From the NCBI GenBank assembly GCA_014729495.1, contig WJJV01000006.1, forward strand, positions 1-38,636: a DNA stretch of 38,636 bases. The letters run 5' to 3'. Under the pieces are notes generated by a model. It was not told the DNA's origin, did no database searches, and saw only the letters and a program-made list of their open reading frames with translations. The first letter of the stretch is position 1. Each line of letters begins with the position of its first letter. Both the position numbers and the translations under genes were made by a program. This stretch comes from Candidatus Woesearchaeota archaeon (GTDB lineage: Archaea > Nanobdellota > Nanobdellia > Woesearchaeales > UBA12501). Below, piece by piece: positions 15,193 through 24,071 of this stretch.

Positions 15193-15480
15193 CCTTGCCT
15201 CTCAGGCAAGCGCTGCAAATCCGACCGCGGAGAGGTGGCGCAGGATATTAGTTTATTTTCTCGCAACTTTTTCCTAGCCTCGCCAAAAAGACTCTGCTAA
15301 TCTGATATTGGCGAGGTGGCAAATGCTTTTAGTCTATTTTCTTGCAAATTAATCCTAGCCTCTCCGATAAGATGCTGCTAATGCTATGTTGGCGAGGTGG
15401 CGAAAGTTTTAGGGAATTGTCTTAAGGTTTCTTCCTAGCCTCGCTGACAAGCGCTGCAAATCTGACCACAGCGAGGTGGC
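15193..15480 (+). repeat. periodic hairpin array A (4 units, starts 15193/15273/15354/15434)
   Basis: Units of 47-48 nt follow the form cctagcctc[gc/tc]c...gctgc.aat...g[gc/ga]gaggtggc at an 80-81 bp period. Each of units 2-4 is followed ~8 nt later by TTTTAG. Unit 4 is the exact reverse complement of unit 1 of array B. Confidence 0.85.
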
Positions 15481-15489
15481 GCATTCTTT

Positions 15490-15885
15490 TAGCTTTAGCC
15501 AGGCAGCAAAAGTTGAGGCAGCAACATAACTTTTTTGAGGCAACAACAAGGGATGAATACTGAGTGTAGATGAAAAATCCGCTACGCAAGTCCTGATTTT
15601 TCCTTTACGAATAAGGCAGACCTGAAGGGGCAGACCGTGTACGAATCCAATGTTGTTGCTGCTGCCGTAAAGATAGAAAATTTCCTTCTTGACAGTGTAC
15701 GAATCCAATGTTGTTGTTACAAATGCGAAGCTTTTGTAACTAAGAAAATGCAAAGCATTTTCTGTTGCTGCCCTATAACCCCTAAGTTATTCTTGACAGT
15801 GTATTAATCCATTATTGTTGCTGGCGACATAAATAGAATATTGCCTTATCTATCGTTGTTCTTACAAATGCAAAGCATTTGAAGT
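15490..15885. repeat. inner repeat block A (GCAACAAC-linked hairpins), inverted homolog of 23150-23540
   Basis: gtgtacgaatccaatgttgttgc is repeated three times, alongside the palindromes gaaaatgc-aa-gcattttc and gttacaaatgc-gaa-gcttttgtaac. The reverse complement aligns with 23200-23370. Confidence 0.75.
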
Positions 15886-15990
15886 GACACGTGAGCTAAG
15901 AGGGGCTTCACTTTGCTCAGCCCTCGGCTGATATCAGTTATTCAGAGGGCTTTTGACTGAAATGATATAAGCCTTATTACAACCTCAAAC

Positions 15991-15998
15991 TTTATATA
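15991..15998 (+). promoter_or_regulatory. TATA box of the DNA ligase gene
   Basis: tttatata lies 23-30 nt upstream of the ATG at 16021, implying a leaderless or very short-leader mRNA. Confidence 0.45.
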
Positions 15999-16020
15999 TC
16001 AAGATTAATGGACATATGCT

Positions 16021-18810
16021 ATGGAATACTCAGAGCTTGCAAAAGTCTATGAACAGCTTGAGTCAACCACAAAAAGGCTTGAGAAAACATGGATAATATC
16101 AGGATTTCTGAAGAAAGCTGTTAAGAGCAGCTCAGGCACTGACAAGAATGAGATTTACATGTTGAGCATGCTGCTGCAGGGAAGGGTTTTTCCCCCATGG
16201 GATGAGCGCAGGCTTGGTGTTGCTGCAAGGATGATAATCAAGGCAGTGAGCGTTGCCACTGGAGCAGATGCTTCTGGAATAGAATCAGAATGGAAGGACA
16301 TAGGAGATATAGGAAAGGTTGCAGAGAAACTAGTCAGCTCCAAAAGGCAGACCACACTTTTCTCCCAGGCGCTCAGTGTTGAGAAGGTATTCAGCAATCT
16401 TCAGAAGCTGCCATCTCTTGAAGGCCAGGGCTCTGTTGACCAGAAGATACAGCTGATAGCAGAGCTTCTTACAAGTGCTGAACCTATTGAAGCAAGGTAT
16501 ATTGTGCGTACAGTCCTTGAGGATCTCAGGGTTGGGGTTGCTGACGGCACACTGAGGGATGCGATTGTCTGGGCTTTCTTCAGCGACAGCATCAGCATAA
16601 ACTATGATGAGGAAAAGAAGACAATCAACCCTGATGACAGGGAGGAATACAACAAGTATGTGGATGCTGTGCAGTCTGCTTATGATGTCTGCAATGACTT
16701 CTCAAGAGTCATAGAATCAGCAAGGTCTGGAGGGCTTGAGGCTATCAGGAAGATAGGCCTTGATGTGGGAAAGCCAATAAAAGTCATGCTCTACCAGAAG
16801 GCCACAGGAATAGAGAATGCATTTGAGAGAGTGGGAAAGCCTGCTGCATTCGAGTACAAATACGATGGATTCCGATGCATTACAGGACATACTCCAATAT
16901 ATGTCTACAAAAAAGGATTGATATCTGTTAAAGACGTCAAAAAAGAGGATCTTGTTTTGTCTCATAAGGGATATTTCAGGAGAGTTGAAGCAGTAAATAA
17001 AAGAAGAATAGACAAAAAAGAAAGATTATTTAAGATTCAATCTTTCCTTGGGAATCAATTTAGGATATCAGAGGGCCATAAGATTCTTGTAGAAAGGCAC
17101 GGAAAGGTTAGGTGGGTTAACTCTGAGAGTCTTACCAGAACTGATCATGTTGTATTTCCAATACCAAGATTCAGGATCAAAGACCAGCCTGCTGAGAAAG
17201 AGCTTGTTCTCAAGAATGCTTCCAATTATTCAAAATCAATCAAGATTTCCAATGACTTCTTTAGGTTCCTGGGATACTGGATTGGCGATGGGTTCACAAA
17301 TGACTACCACAATACAGAAAGAGTTGGTTTAGTCTTCAATAAGAACGATAAGAATAAGATCAATAAGTATTCCAATATAATCCAAAGAGATATCAAGATA
17401 GACAGGATAACCCAAAGCAGACAGAGAGGCATGATATCCCTTTATTGGAGGGATAAACCTTTAAGAATATGGCTTTCCACTAATTTCCGGAGGGAATGGA
17501 AAGGTAAAATGATTCCAGATTGGTTTTATAATATCTCCAAATCCCAGTTTCTGGCCTTTCTTGAGGGGTGGACTGAATCTGATGGCCATACAGATTCAGC
17601 CGGAAGAACTTCAATAACAACTAAAGAGAGAGATCTTGCAATGTTTGCTCAACTGATCGGGTTGAAGCAGGGTATCATAATTGCACTAAAAAAAATAAGG
17701 ATTTATGGAAAGACATACTATAAGCTGATTATTTTAAAGTCAGAGAAGCATTATAAACTCAGAAGCGATTATCTAGCTGTTAAAATATTAAAATATGAAG
17801 AAATCAAGTATCCTGATCCAAGGACAATGCTTTATAATATCCAGGTTAAAGGTGATAAGAGTTACTGTACAACTCTTCTTTCTCTTCATAACTGCCAGAT
17901 ACACAAAAACAACCCTGAAATAAAGATTTACACAAGAAGGCTGGAGGATGTGACAAAGCAGTTTCCTGAAGTAAAGAAGTATGTTGAGGAGAATATAAAA
18001 GGAGAGGGATTCATCCTGGACTCAGAGGCTGTGGGTTATGATCCCAAGACAGGAGAGTATCTTCCTTTCCAGAGCATAAGCCAGAGGATAAAGAGAAAGC
18101 ATAACATAGATGAGATGGCAGGAAAGTACCCTGTTGAGCTAAACATATTTGATGTTGTCAGCTATGAAGGAAAGAACATGATGAAAGAACCTTTCAGGAA
18201 GAGAAGAGAGCTTATAGAGAGCATAGTGACAGAAGAGCCTAAAAAGATTGTGCTGGCAAAGCAGATAATAACAGACGACCCTGAAGAGGCAGAGAGGTTC
18301 TATAAGGAAAGCCTGAACGCCGGAGAGGAAGGAGTCATGGCAAAGAATCTTGATGGAGCCTACAAGCCAGGAAGCAGGGTGGGCTTTGGTGTCAAGATAA
18401 AGCCGGTCATGGAGACCCTTGACCTGACTATTGTAGGAGCAGAATGGGGAACTGGCAAGAGAAGCGGATGGCTGAGCTCATTTGTCCTGGCATGCAGGGA
18501 TGACTCAGGAGAGTTCTTTGAGATAGGCAAGGTAGGCACAGGCATAAAGGAGCTTGAAGGAACAGGAGTGACATTTGATTACCTCACTGAACTGCTCAAG
18601 CCATTGGTAATTGATGAGAAAGGCAGGCAGGTAAGGATAAAACCTTCTGTTGTTGTTGAGATAAACTATGAGGAGATCCAGAAATCACCTACATACTCAT
18701 CAGGATTTGCGCTGAGATTCCCCAGGCTGATAAAGCTCAGGGAAGACAGAGGGCCTGAGGATGTGTCATCAATCTCTTTCATTGAAGAGCTGTATTATGG
18801 CCAGAAATGA
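16021..18810 (+). CDS. lig: ATP-dependent DNA ligase (archaeal Lig1 type) containing a 339-aa intein
   Basis: The N-terminal DNA-binding domain is followed by motif I, split as FEYKYDGFR | intein | CQIHK. Downstream are FILDSEAV, EGVMAK, the OB-fold and LRFPRLIKLREDR. The extein length of 590 aa is typical. Confidence 0.9.
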   Translation: MEYSELAKVYEQLESTTKRLEKTWIISGFLKKAVKSSSGTDKNEIYMLSMLLQGRVFPPWDERRLGVAARMIIKAVSVATGADASGIESEWKDIGDIGKVAEKLVSSKRQTTLFSQALSVEKVFSNLQKLPSLEGQGSVDQKIQLIAELLTSAEPIEARYIVRTVLEDLRVGVADGTLRDAIVWAFFSDSISINYDEEKKTINPDDREEYNKYVDAVQSAYDVCNDFSRVIESARSGGLEAIRKIGLDVGKPIKVMLYQKATGIENAFERVGKPAAFEYKYDGFRCITGHTPIYVYKKGLISVKDVKKEDLVLSHKGYFRRVEAVNKRRIDKKERLFKIQSFLGNQFRISEGHKILVERHGKVRWVNSESLTRTDHVVFPIPRFRIKDQPAEKELVLKNASNYSKSIKISNDFFRFLGYWIGDGFTNDYHNTERVGLVFNKNDKNKINKYSNIIQRDIKIDRITQSRQRGMISLYWRDKPLRIWLSTNFRREWKGKMIPDWFYNISKSQFLAFLEGWTESDGHTDSAGRTSITTKERDLAMFAQLIGLKQGIIIALKKIRIYGKTYYKLIILKSEKHYKLRSDYLAVKILKYEEIKYPDPRTMLYNIQVKGDKSYCTTLLSLHNCQIHKNNPEIKIYTRRLEDVTKQFPEVKKYVEENIKGEGFILDSEAVGYDPKTGEYLPFQSISQRIKRKHNIDEMAGKYPVELNIFDVVSYEGKNMMKEPFRKRRELIESIVTEEPKKIVLAKQIITDDPEEAERFYKESLNAGEEGVMAKNLDGAYKPGSRVGFGVKIKPVMETLDLTIVGAEWGTGKRSGWLSSFVLACRDDSGEFFEIGKVGTGIKELEGTGVTFDYLTELLKPLVIDEKGRQVRIKPSVVVEINYEEIQKSPTYSSGFALRFPRLIKLREDRGPEDVSSISFIEELYYGQK
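16876..17892 (+). mobile_element. intein with a LAGLIDADG homing-endonuclease domain in ligase motif I
   Basis: It begins with Cys (CITGHTP) and ends with LSLHN, followed by the +1 Cys of CQIHK. Internal motifs are FLGYWIGDGF and FLEGWTESDGH. The composition is AT-rich relative to the exteins. Confidence 0.85.
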
Positions 18811-18895
18811 CAGCTAATATTAAAGAGTGTAAGAAAGAGAAGTCAGAAAATAGAGATCAGAAAGAATAAATGAGAAAAAAATAATAAAATAAGGC

Positions 18896-19426
18896 CTAAT
18901 CATAGGAAGGCCTTGCAATGTAGTTCTTTGAGTCCTCTCCAAGCAATGCGTCATTCTCAAGCCCATCCCTCAGTGTTGCCTTTATGGCATTGGGCTCGTG
19001 CAGGGATGATACTTTAAGGTTGATATCCTCTGTCTTGATCATCTTGTATCCTGCAGGAAGCTCATCATACTCAAACCTCTTGATGTTCGCATCGCTTGCT
19101 CCGCCAACATAAGCTATCACTACAGGCTTGACAGGATCGTCACCAAAGTTCCTCATGTCAAATGTCATTGACTTTACAATGCCCTCATCATCTGGATCAA
19201 TCCTGTACCTCAGAGTTATAGGATTGCCAAGGTCAGAAGGAAGTATCTCATAAGTGTCTGCAGGGAGTTCAGGCTCATCTTCCTCAACATCCGGCTCTGG
19301 TGAGACATCTACCTCAGTATCAGGTGCAGGTGAGCTTACTTCTGGAACAGGCTCCTCACTCTGACTGCATGCAGCTGTAAGAAATAGAATTGCAAGAACA
19401 ACTGTAAATATTGCTATTTTTCTCAT
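18896..19426 (-). CDS. secreted lipoprotein-like protein (176 aa)
   Basis: MRKIAIFTVVLAILFLTAAC is a signal peptide with a lipobox-like LTAAC, followed by an acidic Pro/Glu linker. The track start at 19429 is TTG; an ATG lies at 19426. Confidence 0.55.
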   Translation of the reverse strand: MRKIAIFTVVLAILFLTAACSQSEEPVPEVSSPAPDTEVDVSPEPDVEEDEPELPADTYEILPSDLGNPITLRYRIDPDDEGIVKSMTFDMRNFGDDPVKPVVIAYVGGASDANIKRFEYDELPAGYKMIKTEDINLKVSSLHEPNAIKATLRDGLENDALLGEDSKNYIARPSYD

Positions 19427-19544
19427 CAAATCACCCCAATCTCAGCTTTTATTGATATAATCTGCTTATGGATATGCTGAATACCTCATATTTATAAATG
19501 TATTCATCAAAAACTATTTAAATGAGAGTTCATAATTATATATC

Positions 19545-20243
19545 ATGAGCCATGTTCTGGAGACAGCAAAAAAGAGGAGGAGCATAAGGAAATACCTTGA
19601 CATACCTGTTGAGTGGGACAAGGTAGTGCAGATTCTTGATGCAGGCAGATATGCTCCTGCTGCAGGAAACCTCCAGTCATGGAAGATAGTGGTTGTGACT
19701 GATCCTGGCCAGAAAAGGCAGCTTGCTGAAGCATGCTTAAAGCAGTACTGGATAGAAGAGGCTTCAATAATTCTTGTGATATGCGCTAAAGAGGAGAGGA
19801 TGGTGAGCTATTATGGCGAGAGAGGCAGACAGTATCTTATTCAGGGTGTTGCTGCCATGGCAGAGAACATGCTGCTTACAGCCACTGATCTCGGAGTTGG
19901 TTCGTGCTGGGTAGGAGCATTTGATGAAGAGAAGGTCGCAGAGGCAGTTGGATGCCCATCAAGAGCCAGACCCCACATGCTTATTACACTGGGGTATTCT
20001 GATGAAGTCGTGCCTGTGCCTCCAAGAGAGACCTTTGAATCAAGAGTGTATCTTGGAAAGTACAATAACAGGGTCAAGAACTTCAACATAGTCCTTTGGG
20101 ACTGGAGCCTGCAGATGCAGGAGACTGCTCAGGAGAGCAAGGCCAAAGCCCAGAAGATGTGGAATAAGATGTCAGAGAAGATAAAGCATCATAAGGAGAA
20201 GATCAAGGAGAAGATGAAGAAGAAGGGTGTTGATACTAAGTGA
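19545..20243 (+). CDS. nitroreductase-family protein with a Lys-rich C-terminal tail
   Basis: RRSIRKY, PAAGNLQSWKIVVV and GVGSCWVG are nitroreductase-fold motifs. The terminal ~50 aa are KEK-rich. Confidence 0.75.
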   Translation: MSHVLETAKKRRSIRKYLDIPVEWDKVVQILDAGRYAPAAGNLQSWKIVVVTDPGQKRQLAEACLKQYWIEEASIILVICAKEERMVSYYGERGRQYLIQGVAAMAENMLLTATDLGVGSCWVGAFDEEKVAEAVGCPSRARPHMLITLGYSDEVVPVPPRETFESRVYLGKYNNRVKNFNIVLWDWSLQMQETAQESKAKAQKMWNKMSEKIKHHKEKIKEKMKKKGVDTK

Positions 20244-20315
20244 GCCTGGTAATGCTGGAGACTTTCCGGATTTTTATGGCAAATTCTTATTAAGGACTGA
20301 TTATGAATCTGTCTT

Positions 20316-20672
20316 ATGAACAGATGCATAATATGCAAAAGGAAGTTCATAAGGCCTGGAAGAACCAAATGCTGCACAAGAGTAGAATGCAGGATAAAAC
20401 TAAGCTATATAATGCTTGCGCAGAAAGGCTATGATCCTGTGATGTATTATGAGCAGATACTGCATTCAGGATATAAGGTAATATGCAAGAGATGTGATAA
20501 AGATTTTATTGCCAGATTCAAGAGAGATCTCTTCTTTCCAGTGTGCGAAGATTGTGAGATTCAAGAGAAGGAAATATTCTGGCCTTTGATTGATGAGATT
20601 AACAAAGAGGCTGTGGAAGAGGCCTCAGGGTATTTTCTGCCTTCATCAACATTTGATAGAATGAGTATATAA
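20316..20672 (+). CDS. cysteine-rich (zinc-finger-like) hypothetical protein
   Basis: CIICKRK...CCTRVEC and CKRCDK...CEDCE cysteine pairs. No family recognised. Confidence 0.45.
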   Translation: MNRCIICKRKFIRPGRTKCCTRVECRIKLSYIMLAQKGYDPVMYYEQILHSGYKVICKRCDKDFIARFKRDLFFPVCEDCEIQEKEIFWPLIDEINKEAVEEASGYFLPSSTFDRMSI

Positions 20673-20834
20673 AAAAAAGAAAAAGCCCCCGAAGGGGCAA
20701 ATGTTGCCTTCACCAATAAGTAGGTTTGGGGGTGGTTTAAAGATGAAGGCAGAAACTCTGTGAAAATGAAAAATAATAAACTATCTGCCTCTTTTTCCCA
20801 GCACTATGCACTATCTGGATAACCAGCTGCCTGA

Positions 20835-21905
20835 TTACCTTACCATCTCTATGCCCAACTCATCTGAGATAGCCTGTGCCTGAGGGCTTGGCTGACTGTG
20901 GTCAACCTTGCCCAGTATCCAGGGGGACTTTACTCCTGTGATGATGGTCATCACTGTGAGCTTTCCTTTCATGTGATCATCTACTCTTGCTCCCCAGATC
21001 ACATTAGCATCAGGATCCATGGCTTCTGTAACCAATTCACCTACCCTGGATATCTCGTCAAGTGTCATGTCAGGACCGCCGCATACATGGATTATTGCGC
21101 CTGTAGCTCCCTCATAGCTTATATCAAGCAGAGGGTTTGTCAGGGCGCCTTTCACAGCTTCATCAACCTTGTTGCTTGTGTCTGAAGCTCCTACTCCGAT
21201 TGCAGCGACTCCTCCGTCTGTCATTATTGCCTTTACATCAGCATAGTCAAGATTGACCAGGCTTGGTATGGCTATTGTCTCGACTATACCTTTGATCATT
21301 GTTGAAATGAGCTCGTTCGCTACTGCGAATGCCTGCTGCACAGGAAGGTTTCCGGCAATTGCCACAAGCCTGTTGTTGTCTATCACAATGACTGTGTCTG
21401 ATACTTCCCTGAGCTGCTGAAGGCCGAACTCTGCCTTGTCTATCCTTGCCCTCTCTATCTTGAAGGGCATTGTGACTGTGCCTATAACAATTGCTCCTGA
21501 GTCCTTTGCCACCTTTGCAACAATCGGGGCTGCTCCGGTTCCGGTTCCTCCACCGAGTCCTGCGCAGACAAATACCATGTCAGACTGCTTGAGTGAATCC
21601 TTTATCTCCTGATTTGACTCTTTTGCTGCTTCTGCTCCCTTGTTAGGGAATCCTCCGCATCCAAGCCCTCTTGTGAGGTCCTTACCTATCATGAACTTCT
21701 TATCACAGTTTGTTATTCCAAGATGCTGGGCATCTGTGTTCACAGCTATGATCTCTGCTCCATGGATACCTTTCTTATAAAGCCAGTTTATCATATTGTT
21801 GCCTGCTCCGCCAACACCTATGACTTTTATGTTGGCTTGTGTTATCTCTAAATCCTGTGTCTCTTCTTCCTGTTGTTTAACAGCATCTTGCACGATGAAA
21901 TCCAT
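20835..21905 (-). CDS. ftsZ: cell division GTPase FtsZ
   Basis: [12 protein letters not shown], the [12 protein letters not shown] tubulin signature, and the [12 protein letters not shown]7 region. A purine-rich leader with ggggg lies ~12 nt upstream of the ATG. Confidence 0.93.
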   Translation of the reverse strand: MDFIVQDAVKQQEEETQDLEITQANIKVIGVGGAGNNMINWLYKKGIHGAEIIAVNTDAQHLGITNCDKKFMIGKDLTRGLGCGGFPNKGAEAAKESNQEIKDSLKQSDMVFVCAGLGGGTGTGAAPIVAKVAKDSGAIVIGTVTMPFKIERARIDKAEFGLQQLREVSDTVIVIDNNRLVAIAGNLPVQQAFAVANELISTMIKGIVETIAIPSLVNLDYADVKAIMTDGGVAAIGVGASDTSNKVDEAVKGALTNPLLDISYEGATGAIIHVCGGPDMTLDEISRVGELVTEAMDPDANVIWGARVDDHMKGKLTVMTIITGVKSPWILGKVDHSQPSPQAQAISDELGIEMVR

Positions 21906-22330
21906 TTTGTTTTGACCCCCTTTTGGTTGTTTTTTGGTTTTTTTGGTTTATCTTTTTCTTTTGGAAATATATCCTGGAGAATATGTTTTCAACTACCTAA
22001 ATATTTAAATAGTTCTGTAAACTATACTCTCCTTAGAACGAGTTAACTTGCGCCAACAAGTTTACTATCAGTTTATCGCCAACATAATAACGGGTTTTCG
22101 CCAAAAAACCTTGTATTAATTCTTTTTTATTAAACATATATAGTATAAATATATTTCTAAGATTTAAACTATATTTTACAGTATATATTAGTATGGCTTT
22201 TTGTATATTAGGAGAGTATTTCATATTTCTACTTAGAAGTAGTCAATTGTATAATCAGGCATGATTTAGGAAATAGATACATAAAATATATTGGGTAAAA
22301 TATTTATAGACTGCATCAGAACTGGTGTTC

Positions 22331-23086
22331 ATGGCATTGCATCTTATTGGAATAGGCCTTTCAGACGAGAAAGACATAACTGTAAAGGGCCTTGAGGCTG
22401 TGAAGAAATGCAGAAAGGTCTATCTTGAAGTCTATACATCAGTCCTTCAGGTCAGAGTAAGGGATCTTGAGAGATTCTATGGAAAGAAGATCATAGAGGC
22501 AGACAGGGATCTGATCGAGAACAAGGCAGACAGGATACTTGATGATGCAAAGAATGATGATACAGCACTGCTGGTCATAGGCGATCCAATGTCTGCGACA
22601 ACACACATTGACCTGATGATGCGGGCAAAGGAGAAAGGCATTGAGACAGTTGTTGTGAACAATGCAAGCGTGCTAAATGCAGTCGGAATGACAGGCCTTC
22701 AGCTGTACAAGTTCGGAAAGACAACAAGCATACCATTTCCTGAGAATGTCATGAGTGAAGCGCCATATGATTCTATAAAGATGAACAAGGCAAACGGGCT
22801 CCATACATTATGCCTGCTTGACCTTGATCCAAAGAAAGACAGGTTCATGACAGTGAATGATGCAATGCATGTTCTTAATGGAATCGAAGAAAAGAGAAAA
22901 GAAGGATTATTCACAGGAGACACTTATGTTGTGGGCTGTGCAAGGCTCGGCTCGCAGGACTTCTACATCAAGGCAGGCAGGGCAAACGAACTTGATGAAG
23001 TACACTTTGGAAAGCCTCCTTTCTGCCTTATAGTGCCTGGCCAGATGCATTTCATGGAAGAGGAAGCAGTAAAGAGATTTGAGTGA
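22331..23086 (+). CDS. dph5: diphthine synthase (Dph5)
   Basis: MALHLIGIGLSDEKDITVKGLEAVKKC..VYLEVYTS and LVIGDPMSATTH are motifs of the tetrapyrrole-methylase-fold diphthine synthase. The track start at 22325 is GTG; an ATG lies at 22331. Confidence 0.88.
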   Translation: MALHLIGIGLSDEKDITVKGLEAVKKCRKVYLEVYTSVLQVRVRDLERFYGKKIIEADRDLIENKADRILDDAKNDDTALLVIGDPMSATTHIDLMMRAKEKGIETVVVNNASVLNAVGMTGLQLYKFGKTTSIPFPENVMSEAPYDSIKMNKANGLHTLCLLDLDPKKDRFMTVNDAMHVLNGIEEKRKEGLFTGDTYVVGCARLGSQDFYIKAGRANELDEVHFGKPPFCLIVPGQMHFMEEEAVKRFE

Positions 23087-23149
23087 TAGATGGAGCAAGT
23101 AAGCTTTTTCTTTAATAGATTTAGATGAGTCAAAGAGGAAAGTTTATCT

Positions 23150-23540
23150 TATACATCAGCAATAACAATGGAAGTCAAGATATATTTATTATTATGGCAA
23201 CAACAACATCGGATAATGTAATATTCTATCTATGTTGGCAGCAGCAACAACTTTGGATTCGTACACGGTCAAATGATAATATTTTAAGTTAATAACGGCA
23301 ACAACAGAAAATGCTTTGCATTTTCTTAGTTGCAAAAGCTCTGCATTTGCAACAACAATATTGCCAGCAGACGGCCATGCTCACTTTGTTCGCATGTCCT
23401 ACTCGGCACCCCGGAGGGGAAACAGGAAATCAAAGATTTCCTTAGTTGCGCTCGCTTCGCTCGGCAACCATCCCCCGCCTCGTCTGCGGCATTGTTGTTG
23501 CCTGGAATATCCTTCTGCTGCCTGACTAAATCCAAAAGAA
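23150..23540. repeat. inner repeat block B, inverted homolog of 15490-15885
   Basis: It shares ggcagcagcaacaac.ttggattcgtacacggtc and gcaacagaaaatgctttgcattttcttagtt.caaaagc...gcatttg.aacaacaa with the reverse complement of block A. Confidence 0.75.
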
Positions 23541-23543
23541 AAC

Positions 23544-23995
23544 GCCACCTCGCTGTGGTCAGATTTGCAGCGCTTGTCAGCGAGGCTAGGAGTATGTTGC
23601 AATTGAATAAACTAAAAGGAATAGCCACCTCTCCGTGGTCGGGTTCTTTGCGCTTATCGGAGAGGCTAGGAGTTTAAATGTTCTGAAAAATCACTTAAAG
23701 CCATTGCCACCTCGCCAACATAGCATTAGCAGCATCTTATTGGCAAGGCTAGGAGAAGAGTACAATACAATCTTCTTAAAGACATTGCCACCTCTCCGAC
23801 ATAGGGATAGCAGCAACTTATCGGAGAGGCTAGGGAAAGAGTGCAATGCAATCCCAAAAAATCCATTGCCACCTCTCCGACATCAGGATAGCAGCATCTT
23901 ATCGGAGAGGCTAGGAATACTAAAGATAAACTTTCCATATAGACTTTAGCCACCTCTCCGTGGCCGGATTTGCAGTGCTTGTCAGCGAGGCTAGG
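23544..23995 (-). repeat. periodic hairpin array B (6 units, starts 23544/23624/23706/23787/23868/23949)
   Basis: 47-48-nt hairpins of the form gccacctc[gc/tc]c...gcagc...g[gc/ga]gaggctagg at an 80-82 bp period. They lie directly 3' of the minus-strand island (stop at 24072). The inter-hairpin segments are also homologous to each other. Confidence 0.85.
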
Positions 23996-24071
23996 AGAAA
24001 ACTCAGAATTATCCACAAAAAGCAAGATACAATTAATCAGAAAAAGCTTGGATTTCATAAACTAACTTCTT

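Noticed and set aside
15409-15753. ORF of 114 aa (minus strand), together with the ORFs at 23316-23525, 23330-23677, 23635-23949 and 23726-24058 inside the repeat blocks.
   Set aside because: They lie entirely in palindrome-rich repeats. The two homologous ORFs (MHFLSYKS.../MHFLSCKS...) lose similarity after ~15 residues while the DNA stays homologous. Their composition is low-complexity.
20673-20834. Possible small RNA between the convergent 20316-20672 gene and ftsZ (hairpins gcccc-gaa-ggggc and tgccttca...tgaaggca).
   Set aside because: It is most simply explained as bidirectional terminator hairpins. There is no recognisable RNA family motif and no promoter.
22033-22224. 63-aa ORF in the AT-rich ftsZ-dph5 intergenic region.
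   Set aside because: It lies in extremely AT-rich, low-complexity sequence and overlaps likely divergent promoter DNA. No supporting features.
23544-23995. A regularly spaced repeat array (and its partner at 15193-15480) that looks superficially CRISPR-like: a ~47-nt repeat with a ~34-nt spacer.
   Set aside because: The repeats differ at many positions, with paired arm changes. The 'spacers' are homologous to one another, so the unit is an 81-bp tandem repeat. No cas genes or leader are present in the window. The arrays occur as an inverted pair.
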